Part shown: positions 48,976 through 58,314 of the stretch, in pieces
Layout of the letters: every line of letters starts with the position of its first letter
How positions within the stretch are numbered: position 1 is the first letter of the stretch
Source: Candidatus Cloacimonadales bacterium
GTDB taxonomy: Bacteria > Cloacimonadota > Cloacimonadia > Cloacimonadales > JAFGVF01
DNA: 64,000 bases
Direction: 5' to 3'
Assembly (NCBI GenBank): GCA_963677815.1
Contig: OY782499.1
Span: forward strand, 613,252-677,251
Notes under the pieces: model-generated
Databases searched by the model: none
Seen by the model: the letters and a program-made list of their open reading frames with translations, nothing else
Told to the model about the DNA's origin: nothing
Program-made: the position numbers and the translations under genes

Positions 48976-50079
48976 ATGCCTAAAGTTCTACATCTTGGAC
49001 TAGTTCCTATCCTCTCTGGGGTTCAGAATGTTATGTTACAAATTTTAGCAGCTATTGAGGTTGATGCTTATGAGATTTTGGTAGCATCTGCTCCAAATGG
49101 AGAGCTAATTCCTGAAGTTGAAAGAAGAGGATGGAAGCATATTCCTATCCCTTCTCTAGTTAGAGAAATCAATCCTGTAAAAGATATATTAGCTATGAGA
49201 GAATTGGCTAAGATTATCAAAGAAGAAAAGATAGATATCCTACATACTCATTCCTCCAAGACTGGTTTAATTGGCAGGCTAGTGGGTAAAATATGTCAAG
49301 TTCCCATAATCATACATACTGTTCATGGTTATCCTTTTCATAAATATCAAAATCCTTTACTTTATAAATTTTATGAGTCTGCTGAATGGTTTGCTGGTCA
49401 TTTTTGTGACTATTTAATTTCTGTTAATCAAGAGGATGCCCTTTTAGCCCATAAAAGATTGAAAATTCCCCAAAGTAAAATTCGCTTTATTCCTAATGGG
49501 GCTCAGGCAGTTAAAGAATCTGATATACTTAAGAATGATGAAATTGTTATCGGTTCTCTTTCCCGTTTCTGGAAGCAAAAAAACATGATAACTACGGTAA
49601 AGGTAGCAATTAAGGCCTGTCAATACCAAGCCAAACTCAAGTTTATTTTTGTTGGTGACGGTGAAGATTTGAGTATTTGTCAGGATTTAGTAAATTCAGC
49701 TAATTTATCTGATAGAATTATCTTACCAGGCTGGTCTTTAGATAAAGATAAATGGCTCAAGCTTTTTGATGTTTTCCTCCTTTATTCTCTTTGGGAAGGA
49801 CTTCCCTTATCTATGCTAGAAGCAATGTCTTATGGCTTACCGATCATAGCTTCAGATATCAAAGGCAATAGAGAATTAGTTACTGATAATAATGGTTATT
49901 TAGTAAATGCCGATGATTCTTCTGAGTTGTTAAATCTCTTACTAAAATTAGCAGACATTAAAGATGATTTAAGAGAAAAAGGAAGAGGAAGTTATAATAA
50001 AGTTGTAACAAGCTATTCCTTAGATAATTTTAATGACAGCTATCGAAAACTATATCAAAAGATAAATAGAGATATATAA
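48976..50079 (+). CDS. Glycosyltransferase family 4 (GT-B, Glycos_transf_1)
   Basis: 367 aa. Has the EGLPLSMLEAMSYGLPIIASDIKGNRELV motif (E-x7-E type). Confidence 0.9.
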   Translation: MPKVLHLGLVPILSGVQNVMLQILAAIEVDAYEILVASAPNGELIPEVERRGWKHIPIPSLVREINPVKDILAMRELAKIIKEEKIDILHTHSSKTGLIGRLVGKICQVPIIIHTVHGYPFHKYQNPLLYKFYESAEWFAGHFCDYLISVNQEDALLAHKRLKIPQSKIRFIPNGAQAVKESDILKNDEIVIGSLSRFWKQKNMITTVKVAIKACQYQAKLKFIFVGDGEDLSICQDLVNSANLSDRIILPGWSLDKDKWLKLFDVFLLYSLWEGLPLSMLEAMSYGLPIIASDIKGNRELVTDNNGYLVNADDSSELLNLLLKLADIKDDLREKGRGSYNKVVTSYSLDNFNDSYRKLYQKINRDI

Positions 50080-50080
50080 T

Positions 50081-51199
50081 ATGATGAACTTTTTACCTAT
50101 CCCCCTTTCACTTACTCTTAATAGCCATCTTAATGGTTCTGCCTTGATTCAGAGCTATTGGAAGTATCTTCTTGCTGGAATAGTAGTCTTTGTCTTAACT
50201 TACCTTCTAGTACCAGTAAACATCAAATTTGCTAACAAGAAAGGCTGGTTAGATTACCCAAACGAAAGGTCTGCTCATCCCAAACCTATTCCTATCAGTG
50301 GAGGTTTAGCTTTTGGCTTAGTAATCTGTTTTGCTCAAGTTGCCTTTGGCTTTCTTTTTTGGGATAAACGATCTTCAGTCATGATTTATGCTTTAGCTAT
50401 GATAAATATCCTGATTCTTACGGTGGGGCTTGTTGATGACCTCTTAAAACTAAAAGCAAGAGATAAATTAATTTTGCAACTGCTTATTTCATCCCTCTTG
50501 TATATTGTAGGTTTCAGGATAGAAATCTTAACAAACCCATTTGGACCAGACCTTTATCTCCAGTATCTAAGTCTTCCTTTTACAATATTCTGGTTTTTAG
50601 CTATTAGCAATGCTATCAATTTGATTGATGGTTTAGATGGCTTAGCGGCAGGAATCACTTCAATTAGCGGAATTGTCCTTTGTTTAGTAGGGTTGATTTC
50701 TGGGAATCCATTAGTTTTCTATTTAGCTCTAATATTAGTTGCAGGTAATTTAGCCTTTTTAAAATATAATTTCTTTCCAGCTAAAATATTCATGGGAGAT
50801 GCAGGTTCCCTCTTTAATGGTTTTAATCTAGCAGTCTTATCTGTAACAGGTTTTGCCCAATTTAAGGGAATTACAGCTATGACAATTGCCCTACCAGTTG
50901 TTGTTATGATGTTTCCTATTATGGACACTATTATGGCTATGGTAAGAAGAATTAAGAAAAAACAGAGTATTTTTCTAGCAGATAAGGAGCATATCCATCA
51001 TAAATTGTTAAAATTAGGTCTTTCTCAAAAAGGAATTTGTTATATTGCTTACTTTCTAACATCTTTGTTTGGACTATTAGCAATAGGTTTTTACTTTTCC
51101 ACAAAGCAAATCTTCTTAGTTGCTTTAACTATTCTTATAGCTTTATGTTTTATATTCGCCTGGCTGTTATTACAGTCTATTTTTAAAGATACAAAGTAG
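50081..51199 (+). CDS. Polyprenyl-phosphate sugar-1-phosphate transferase (MraY/WecA family)
   Basis: 372 aa and polytopic. Has GLVDDL, NAINLIDGLDGLAAG and FMGDAGSLFNG motifs. Confidence 0.9.
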   Translation: MMNFLPIPLSLTLNSHLNGSALIQSYWKYLLAGIVVFVLTYLLVPVNIKFANKKGWLDYPNERSAHPKPIPISGGLAFGLVICFAQVAFGFLFWDKRSSVMIYALAMINILILTVGLVDDLLKLKARDKLILQLLISSLLYIVGFRIEILTNPFGPDLYLQYLSLPFTIFWFLAISNAINLIDGLDGLAAGITSISGIVLCLVGLISGNPLVFYLALILVAGNLAFLKYNFFPAKIFMGDAGSLFNGFNLAVLSVTGFAQFKGITAMTIALPVVVMMFPIMDTIMAMVRRIKKKQSIFLADKEHIHHKLLKLGLSQKGICYIAYFLTSLFGLLAIGFYFSTKQIFLVALTILIALCFIFAWLLLQSIFKDTK

Positions 51200-51210
51200 G
51201 AGTTCTAAAA

Positions 51211-53748
51211 ATGAAAAAATTTATTATAACATTAATCATATCAATCTGGGCACTAGCAATATGGTCTCTTGAAAGATGGGAGGTTTATACCAATACTTCT
51301 CATATATACCAAACTTATTTTAAAGATTCTGAATTAATATCTGTCTCTTGGGGTGGGATTGAAGAATATGATTTTACTAGCGTGGGAGAAGAAGTTAAAT
51401 TAGAATTAACTAATAAATATACAACCATAAATGGCTTATCCTCAAACGAGGTTAGAAGTTTATACTTAAAGGACAACAAAATTTGGGCAGGTACTTACAA
51501 TGATGGACTTACTATCATTGAAGATAATCAAGTGTATAACATAAACTCTGATAATGGTTTAATTTCCAATAAAGTCATAACTATTAAAACAATAGATCAA
51601 GTGGTTTGTGTAGTTACAGAGGGGGGATTTTCTACATTTTATAATCTTGATGAAGTCTCTTTTCCTATTCTTTCAAGAAAATATTCCCCTGCTTCAACTT
51701 CTGGTGCTCTAATTTCTGAAACAATTAGTGACTTAGTTATCTATCAAGACTATGTTTTTCTAGCAACTGATTCTGGACTTATTTACTTTCCTCTTACAGA
51801 CTTAGATAACTTTGACCAGTGGGAATATCTTAATACTTCTAATTCACTTTTGGCTGATAACCAAGTAAACAAATTAGCTGTTAAAGATGAGAAACTTGCT
51901 ATAGCAAGTGATAATGCAATCCAGGTTGTTAGTAACTTATTTGATAATCCTAACTGGGAAACTTATTCTTTTGAAGCTGATGATTTATCAGATTCTGATG
52001 AAGATATATTTATCCAAACTATCCAATTCAGAGATAATGGTCAACTCTTGTTTTCCACAGGTATCTGGGATGAATCTATTACTACTATGTCAGCTTTATC
52101 ATCTTCAATCCTGCAAGTAATTAATTTGGATGGTAGTATCGAAAGTATTCTATCCACAAACACCTCAGTGAAAGATATTTCTTCTGGGAATATAGAACTA
52201 ATCAAGCTAAATCCTATAGGGATTAAGTATATAGAAAATTCTTCTAATGACATTATTGTTTCTACCTGGGGAGCTGGTTTATTAATTTTCCATAATAATG
52301 AATGGTATCAATATGAACCTAATGGTATTGGCTTTAATGCTATTAACCACCTAACAGTAGATAATAACTACACACTTTGGGCATCATGTGGCTATTATGG
52401 TACTGCTGCTCTGAGAAAAGGTGCTAGAGGTGTTTCTTCCTTTGATGGTGATAACTGGCAAACCTTGAATATGAACAACTCTCCTATTCAGAGTGATAAT
52501 ATCAATGCCATCACTATAGGTAGTGATAATAAAAAGTGGTTTGGCTCATGGTATAGCGGAGATGATCACCCTCAAGGTTGGAAAGGTGGTGTTACTTCTT
52601 ATGATGAAGAAAATCAAGAATGGAAATGGTATCATACTTCTGGAGTATTCTCCTATAACACTCAAAGCCAATCTTTTTCAGATTTAGAAAGTTCTATTGC
52701 TAGCTTACCTTCACAAACAGTATCTTTTCTTAATACTGATAGACAGGGAAATATTATGATGTCACTTCAAGGTTATGGCCTAGCCTTCTATTCTCCCCAA
52801 GGAGACCAAAGATTAGCCATTTCTCCCCTTTATGGCTCACAAAGCAACTTTACTAGAAGATCCTTTCACAACCAGTACGGCTATTTCTTTAGTAAATCAG
52901 CTGCTGCTGCTTCAGGTGAATCTGCAGGTCTTCTCCATTGGAATTCCCAAGAAATACCTAGCGAAAATGATATAAGCTCATGGGAAAATATTCCTATATC
53001 TGATATTAGAAACTCTGCTATAAATGACATTATTGAAGTTCCTACTCCTTATGGTAATCAACTTTGGGTTGCTGGTAATAATGGACTCTTTATGTATGAT
53101 GGTAATTACTGGTATCGCTATGGGATTAATATTAAAAGAGAAAGATGGTCTGCTGGCTGGCAAATTGAAACCCGTTATATAATAGGTGAAACTAAGCTCT
53201 TTGCTGCAAAAGATACCTATCCTACAGCCTTAGCTATTGATGATTATGGATGCCTTTGGATAGGTTCTGAAGAAGCCGGTTTGACTAAGTATGACACTAA
53301 TACAGAAGAATATTTTGTCTATGATAAAGATTCATATCCCCTAATTAGCAATCAAATCAAAGCCTTAGCTTATGAAGCTAGATCTGGAAAACTCTATATT
53401 GGAGCAGGTGAAGGACTTTGCTCTGTCACAGTAGGCTCTTCTGCAAACCCTCAGAAGGATTTTAATAAAGTAGTGGCTGTTCCTAATCCATTTTATCCTG
53501 AACGTGGAGATATTGTAAGAATTTACAATGACCCTGATGATTTTATGCCTAAATCAGCAAAAGTTTGCAAGATTTTTGATATATCTGGTCAGCTTGTTTA
53601 TGACCTTCCTCTGAATAAATATCAGTCCTTTAGCTGGGATGGAAGAAATAAAAATGGTAAAAAATGCTCTTCAGGGATTTACTTCTATACTATTAGTTCT
53701 TCAGATGGGCAAACAAAAAAGGGTAAAATTGCCCTGATAAGAGATTAA
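51211..53748 (+). CDS. Secreted beta-propeller repeat protein (two-component-regulator-propeller-like repeats) with a FlgD-Ig/T9SS-like C-terminal domain
   Basis: 845 aa. Has a signal/anchor and repeated W-x-G-T/S-x-x-G-L motifs (IWAGTYNDGLTII, LWVAGNNGLFMYDG, LWIGSEEAGLTKYD, LYIGAGEGLCSV). The C-terminus is VPNPFYPERGD...GIYFYTI. Confidence 0.75.
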   Translation: MKKFIITLIISIWALAIWSLERWEVYTNTSHIYQTYFKDSELISVSWGGIEEYDFTSVGEEVKLELTNKYTTINGLSSNEVRSLYLKDNKIWAGTYNDGLTIIEDNQVYNINSDNGLISNKVITIKTIDQVVCVVTEGGFSTFYNLDEVSFPILSRKYSPASTSGALISETISDLVIYQDYVFLATDSGLIYFPLTDLDNFDQWEYLNTSNSLLADNQVNKLAVKDEKLAIASDNAIQVVSNLFDNPNWETYSFEADDLSDSDEDIFIQTIQFRDNGQLLFSTGIWDESITTMSALSSSILQVINLDGSIESILSTNTSVKDISSGNIELIKLNPIGIKYIENSSNDIIVSTWGAGLLIFHNNEWYQYEPNGIGFNAINHLTVDNNYTLWASCGYYGTAALRKGARGVSSFDGDNWQTLNMNNSPIQSDNINAITIGSDNKKWFGSWYSGDDHPQGWKGGVTSYDEENQEWKWYHTSGVFSYNTQSQSFSDLESSIASLPSQTVSFLNTDRQGNIMMSLQGYGLAFYSPQGDQRLAISPLYGSQSNFTRRSFHNQYGYFFSKSAAAASGESAGLLHWNSQEIPSENDISSWENIPISDIRNSAINDIIEVPTPYGNQLWVAGNNGLFMYDGNYWYRYGINIKRERWSAGWQIETRYIIGETKLFAAKDTYPTALAIDDYGCLWIGSEEAGLTKYDTNTEEYFVYDKDSYPLISNQIKALAYEARSGKLYIGAGEGLCSVTVGSSANPQKDFNKVVAVPNPFYPERGDIVRIYNDPDDFMPKSAKVCKIFDISGQLVYDLPLNKYQSFSWDGRNKNGKKCSSGIYFYTISSSDGQTKKGKIALIRD

Positions 53749-53765
53749 TCTCCTGATAGGTGAAT

Positions 53766-54015
53766 CTATCCCCTTTCAGTTCGTAAGAGCGTTTGAGAGG
53801 GGTGGTCGTGTAGACCGGGGAGAGTAAACAATCCCCTTTCAGCTCGTAAGAGCGTCTGAGAGGGGTGGTCGAGTAGACCGGGGAGAGTAAACAATCCCCT
53901 TTCAGCTCGTAAGAGCGTCTGAGAGGGGTGGTCGAGTAGACCGGGGAGAGTAAACAATCCCCTTTCAGCTCGTAAGAGCGCTTGAGAGGGGTGGTCGTGT
54001 AGACCGGGGAGAGTA
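53766..54015 (-). repeat. Family A' hairpin repeat array: 4 tandem copies, 63-bp period, minus orientation, abutting the DUF559 copy 1 start
   Basis: The motif atcccctttcag starts at 53768, 53831, 53894 and 53957. The unit is atcccctttcagctcgtaagagcgtctgagaggggtggtcgagtagaccggggagagtaaaca. The array ends 2 nt before ATG 54018. Confidence 0.95.
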
Positions 54016-54017
54016 AT

Positions 54018-54398
54018 ATGAATACAATAAATTACAACAAAAAATTAAAGAAATATTCTAATAAATTAAAGAAAAATCTAACTCTACCAGAAGTACTATT
54101 TTGGAATAAAGTAAAAAATAAACAACTTGGATATAGATTCTACAAGCAGAAACCAATTGGAAATTATATAGTGGATTTTTATTGTGCTAAATTTAAATTA
54201 ATTATTGAAATTGATGGAAGGGATCATGATTTCAAAGAAGAATATGATGAAAAGAGAGAAATTTATCTAGAAAAATTAGGGATGAAGATTATTAGGTTCT
54301 CAAATTATCAAATATACAAACAGTTAGATGGTTGCATTGAATATATTCAGGGTTTTTTAAAAGGAAATCAAGAGTGTAATGATAAAAGACCAATATAA
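54018..54398 (+). CDS. DUF559 (Vsr-like / PD-(D/E)xK endonuclease fold) protein, copy 1
   Basis: 126 aa. Has LTLPEVLFWNKVK...YIVDFYCAKFKLIIEIDGRDH...MKIIRFSNYQI, which matches my recollection of the DUF559 core (aDFyc...liiEiDG..H ... RF.N.ei). The ORF abuts repeat arrays at both ends. Confidence 0.85.
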   Translation: MNTINYNKKLKKYSNKLKKNLTLPEVLFWNKVKNKQLGYRFYKQKPIGNYIVDFYCAKFKLIIEIDGRDHDFKEEYDEKREIYLEKLGMKIIRFSNYQIYKQLDGCIEYIQGFLKGNQECNDKRPI

Positions 54399-54644
54399 TA
54401 CTCTCCCCGGTCTACACGACCACCCCTCTCAGGCGCTCCAAGGAGCTGAAAGGGGATTAATACTCTCCCCGGTCTACACGACCACCCCTCTCAAGCGCTC
54501 CAAGGAGCTGAAAGGGGATTAATACTCTCCCCGGTCTACTCGACCACCCCTCTCAAGCGCTCCAAGGAGCTGAAAGGGGATTAATACTCTCCCCGGTCTA
54601 CTCGACCACCCCTCTCAGGCGCTCCAAGGAGCTGAAAGGGGATT
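54399..54644 (+). repeat. Family A hairpin repeat array: 4 tandem copies, 62-bp period, plus orientation, starting at the nucleotide after the DUF559 copy 1 stop
   Basis: The motif tactctcc starts at 54399, 54461, 54523 and 54585. The unit is tactctccccggtctacacgaccacccctctcaggcgctccaaggagctgaaaggggattaa. Confidence 0.95.
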
Positions 54645-54651
54645 AATACTT

Positions 54652-54717
54652 ATAGCTTGATTGTTACTCTCTCAATAGATTCTCATTGATTTATTGAGAT
54701 AGTAACAATCAAGCTAT
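54652..54717. repeat. Family C palindrome, copy C3
   Basis: The arms are atagcttgattgttactctctcaata and tattgagatagtaacaatcaagctat, forming a ~26-bp stem with one mismatch. Confidence 0.85.
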
Positions 54718-54800
54718 CATGAGATAACATTGGTCTACAAAGATGTCGCTCCTGATCGAGCTTTTAAGCTTTTATTTCATTTTGATTCTACAAAAATGCC

Positions 54801-54975
54801 CCCCTCCAGGGCTAAGATAATTTTTGCTTTCATATCTACAGGGTCTACCTAACCCTGCCTCTTAAATAAACATCCCTTCGAGATTAATGTGAGATAAATT
54901 ACTTAAATAGACTCCATATTTGTTAATTAATCTTTTACGACAATATTTATCATGTCACTCACTCTACTATGGAAA
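54801..54975 (+). repeat. Family G element, copy G2
   Basis: Collinear with G1, about 75% identical by eye. It lies immediately 3' of the racemase gene. Confidence 0.8.
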
Positions 54976-54993
54976 GAAACAAAAAAAATACTT

Positions 54994-56073
54994 TTATCCG
55001 TTATTCACAACCTTTTTTTCTATATATCTAGAATTCATGAGCTTTAGAAGTCCCATATAGTCCATACTAAAGGTTAATTCGTCACCTACTTTATAATTTT
55101 TAGGATTATTTTTTAGATCCATAACAATCATATCAGAGCTAGCTCCTACGAATTCAAGACTTTTATCGTCACACCAGAGGTGCTTGTCATCTACATCAAG
55201 TAAGCCTAAACCTATAATAGCTCGATAAGAAGTATCAGAAGCCTGTGCTGGGTCAAAATCAAATGATTCCCCTTCAATATTAGTTCCGAAATCACCTGTA
55301 GGAACTTTTGGTTTTTCTATAAGCTCGATAATTTCCACATGCAAGGTAAAGATATCATGGGACATATCTTTGATTTTGGTGTCATTATAGACATTAGTAC
55401 CTAGATAGAGAGTCTCTCCTAGTCTGAAATGATTAATTCCTTTGGGCAGAATTCCATTTAAAAGAAGAGGGAATACAACAGAGCTTCCACCAGAAACATA
55501 AGGAATTTGACGGTCAAATTTAGCTTCTATAAGTTGTTCATAAAGACTCAGTTGGATAAGTTTATCTGGATTAGGAAGAACGCCATACAGACAAGAGAAA
55601 TTAGTTCCTATTCCAACAACTTTGATATTTTCTAATTGGAAAACCTTTTCATAGAAGTCTATAAAATCATCACGTAAGACACCTTCTCTTAGCTCTCCCA
55701 TTTCAATCATAATAATAATTTTATGTGTTTTATTTTGTTTTTTGGCAGCTTTGGCTAATGATTTAATAGTAGATATTTCTGTATTAACACTAATATCAGC
55801 ATATTTTACTATATTGGCGACATCACGTTTAGAAGGTGGTTTAATATAGATTGTTTCTATTTTATCATTTAGAGCTTTTATATTTTTGAGATTGGAGATT
55901 CTTGAGTCACATACCTGAGTCACACCTAACTTAAGTAACTCAGTTAGAAAAGTCTTATTTCCACAAAGGACTTTAGTTACAATAGACCAGTTTATATCAT
56001 TTTCAGTAAATATTTTGTCTAGATAATCGTAGTTGTTCTTCAAAGATTCTACATTCATCTCAAGATAGGCCAT
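54994..56073 (-). CDS. PLP-dependent amino-acid racemase (alanine racemase N-terminal fold, YhfX/ornithine racemase-like)
   Basis: 359 aa. The WSIVTKVLCGN segment is a candidate PLP-lysine site in a TIM-barrel plus C-terminal beta domain. Its start overlaps the stop of the upstream GNAT gene (TAATG). Confidence 0.7.
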   Translation of the reverse strand: MAYLEMNVESLKNNYDYLDKIFTENDINWSIVTKVLCGNKTFLTELLKLGVTQVCDSRISNLKNIKALNDKIETIYIKPPSKRDVANIVKYADISVNTEISTIKSLAKAAKKQNKTHKIIIMIEMGELREGVLRDDFIDFYEKVFQLENIKVVGIGTNFSCLYGVLPNPDKLIQLSLYEQLIEAKFDRQIPYVSGGSSVVFPLLLNGILPKGINHFRLGETLYLGTNVYNDTKIKDMSHDIFTLHVEIIELIEKPKVPTGDFGTNIEGESFDFDPAQASDTSYRAIIGLGLLDVDDKHLWCDDKSLEFVGASSDMIVMDLKNNPKNYKVGDELTFSMDYMGLLKLMNSRYIEKKVVNNG

Positions 56074-56525
56074 TATTTAGCCTCTCTTTGGTATCTCATT
56101 TCTAGGTACTTGTTGGTAAAACCTATTTTTTCATAGAGGAATTTAGCAGGGTTATCAGGTTCAACATGAAGTGCGATATTGCCTTGACTGATTTCAATTG
56201 CCTTGTTCATAAGTTCTTTACCAATTTTTCTTCCTCGGTAGTCATGATGAACTGCTATATAGACTAAGATATTTTCAGGAATATAGTCTTTCATACCTGT
56301 TTTGTTAAGGACCACAGAAGCAACTATTTGATTATCTAAGTACTTAACAATGATAGCCCCTCCGAAAGAATTTTCAGTTGTCAAAGCAAAATTCATTGCT
56401 TTCTGGATGTCTGGAAGAGGGTCTCCATATTCTTCTAAATGTTCTTGTAAAAAGTTTGCAATTTTCGTATATTCTTCGTCTGTTGTTTTTTGGTCTGGTG
56501 TAAATATATTTACACTATTATTCAT
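56073..56525 (-). CDS. GNAT family N-acetyltransferase
   Basis: 150 aa. Has the acetyl-CoA binding motif IAVHHDYRGRKIGKELMNKAIE. Confidence 0.85.
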   Translation of the reverse strand: MNNSVNIFTPDQKTTDEEYTKIANFLQEHLEEYGDPLPDIQKAMNFALTTENSFGGAIIVKYLDNQIVASVVLNKTGMKDYIPENILVYIAVHHDYRGRKIGKELMNKAIEISQGNIALHVEPDNPAKFLYEKIGFTNKYLEMRYQREAK

Positions 56526-56601
56526 ATTATCTCCTTTTTATTTTTGATTAATAAATCGTAATATGAAGATAATCAATATTTTAACCATGTCAAGTTTTTT
56601 C

Positions 56602-57351
56602 TTAGTTAATTTTTCTCCAATAGAATAAGAAAATTGCTTGAATAAATATCTGAAAACTTAGGGCTGTTAAAATTATTAATAACAAATAGGAAAAAACTTC
56701 GTTCATATTATAAAAAACTCTGGCATTGTTGAAAAGGAAACCAATTCCATTTTGACAACCAACATATTCACCTAAGATAATTATCTTTAGAGATAAGGCA
56801 GTACAAACCAAGAAGTTAGTTTTGAAGACTGGTAAGAGTTTTGGAAAATATACATGTTTAATAATATCAAAATATCCTCCTCCAAATACATTTATAACTT
56901 CAACCAGTTCCTTAGTGTGATCTAAAAGGCCATTAACTGTATTTGTAGCAACTATAGGCGTAATCATAACAATTATCATACCAATAGGAACGGATGAACC
57001 AAGTCCATAGAAAAGAATGAAAAATGAACCCACAATAACACCTGGTATTACTTGAAGAAGAGACATAATATTTTCAATATAATTGTTGATTTTTAGAATA
57101 AATGATAAAATACCAATTAGACTTCCCAAGAAAAAAGAAACTAAAAATCCTAAGAAAAGTCTATATAAAGTTAGAGAATAATGATATCCTAGAGCTTTTT
57201 CGTAAAATAATGAAGTGAAAGAAGAAATTACTTGTAAAGGAGATGGAACAATATATGACTCATAAGCAAGGGAAAAAAGAGTCCATACTCCTAAAAGTAT
57301 TAAAAATCCTAGCAGACTTTTCTTAATTGAGTTCCAAAATTCTTTCAGCAA
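56602..57351 (-). CDS. ABC transporter permease (NitT/TauT-type binding-protein-dependent family)
   Basis: 249 aa with six TM segments. It overlaps the upstream binding-protein gene by 29 nt. Confidence 0.75.
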   Translation of the reverse strand: MLKEFWNSIKKSLLGFLILLGVWTLFSLAYESYIVPSPLQVISSFTSLFYEKALGYHYSLTLYRLFLGFLVSFFLGSLIGILSFILKINNYIENIMSLLQVIPGVIVGSFFILFYGLGSSVPIGMIIVMITPIVATNTVNGLLDHTKELVEVINVFGGGYFDIIKHVYFPKLLPVFKTNFLVCTALSLKIIILGEYVGCQNGIGFLFNNARVFYNMNEVFSYLLLIILTALSFQIFIQAIFLFYWRKIN

Positions 57352-58243
57352 GATGATTTTCCTTATTAAGTATTTTGAAAAGTGAATCTAAAGATGTTGA
57401 TAAATCTTGTCCATCAAGAAAATTATAAGCTGTTCTTTGGATAGTTTGCAAGTTATAAGCATTTCTATTAGGAAAATCTTGGTCTAGTCTATCTAAGAAA
57501 ACTTGAGGGTGGTTTTTAAGACTATCAATATATACTTTTGATAGATAATGAATAGCTCCAATAGATCTTAAATCTAAATCTCTAGCTAAAAGAACAACTT
57601 GGCTAGCAGAAATACCTTTTATATGCTCTTTAAAAAGTTGGTCAAGCGATAGAGAAACTTTTTGCTTAAATTTATTTTCAGCTAAGGAAGCAAAAGGTTC
57701 AGGAAGCCAAACGAGTAAATCAGATGTTTCTTGGAGGAGCTGAAGAGAGGTAGAGAATGGCATATATTGGAGCTTGTAATCAATATCTTTTGTGAGATTA
57801 TTCAGACTAGCGATTTTTGTGAAGAGGATTTCCATAGGGGAGTCTGCAAAAGGAAAAACTAAAGTCTTGCCTTTAATATCCTCAATTTTTTCTATATATT
57901 GATTAGCAACTAGATGGGTTAAGTTGTCCACTTGAGCATTAAGTAAATCGAAATCTAAGCCCTGTTTACTAAAAGAATTTGCAACTGAAAGTCCTGTTAA
58001 GAGTAATTTCGCATCACCTCTTAAAAACTTAGCATTAGCTTGGGAATGGTTTAAGAATAATTCAATATTAAACATTGGATTATCTTTTAAGGCAAAATAC
58101 AAAGGAAGAGATGAGGGGGTTTGAGGTAATAATACTGTGATTTTAGTTAATTCTTGACTTTCTTGTTTAATCTGATTATCCTTATTACATCCTCCGATTA
58201 GAAGCATTAGTAGTAAAGCTATCACTAATAATATGTTTTTCAT
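57323..58243 (-). CDS. ABC transporter substrate-binding lipoprotein (NMT1/SsuA-like)
   Basis: 306 aa. Has a lipobox (LLIGGC) and a periplasmic-binding-protein-like length and context. The family assignment is tentative. Confidence 0.6.
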   Translation of the reverse strand: MKNILLVIALLLMLLIGGCNKDNQIKQESQELTKITVLLPQTPSSLPLYFALKDNPMFNIELFLNHSQANAKFLRGDAKLLLTGLSVANSFSKQGLDFDLLNAQVDNLTHLVANQYIEKIEDIKGKTLVFPFADSPMEILFTKIASLNNLTKDIDYKLQYMPFSTSLQLLQETSDLLVWLPEPFASLAENKFKQKVSLSLDQLFKEHIKGISASQVVLLARDLDLRSIGAIHYLSKVYIDSLKNHPQVFLDRLDQDFPNRNAYNLQTIQRTAYNFLDGQDLSTSLDSLFKILNKENHLAERILELN

Positions 58244-58314
58244 TTTGACCTCTTAAATAAATAATTTCTTTATTTTTTGACAAAGATATAAGATGGTAAA
58301 ATTGTCAAATTGTT

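Noticed and set aside
53766-53957. 63-aa minus-strand ORF with the periodic translation (G)LFTLPGLLDHPSQTLLRAERG repeated three times. Similar repeat-derived ORFs occur at 41184-41378, 40997-41257, 23557-23775, 15969-16160 and 63008-63190
   Set aside because: These ORFs exist only because the tandem or hairpin repeats happen to lack stops in one frame. They have no SD and no start context, and their periodicity equals the DNA repeat period.
53766-54644. Possible CRISPR arrays (regular 62-63 bp periodicity on both sides of a small gene)
   Set aside because: The units are contiguous head-to-tail with no unique spacers. The unit length is about twice that of a CRISPR repeat. No cas genes are present, and the same unit occurs singly and in pairs elsewhere.
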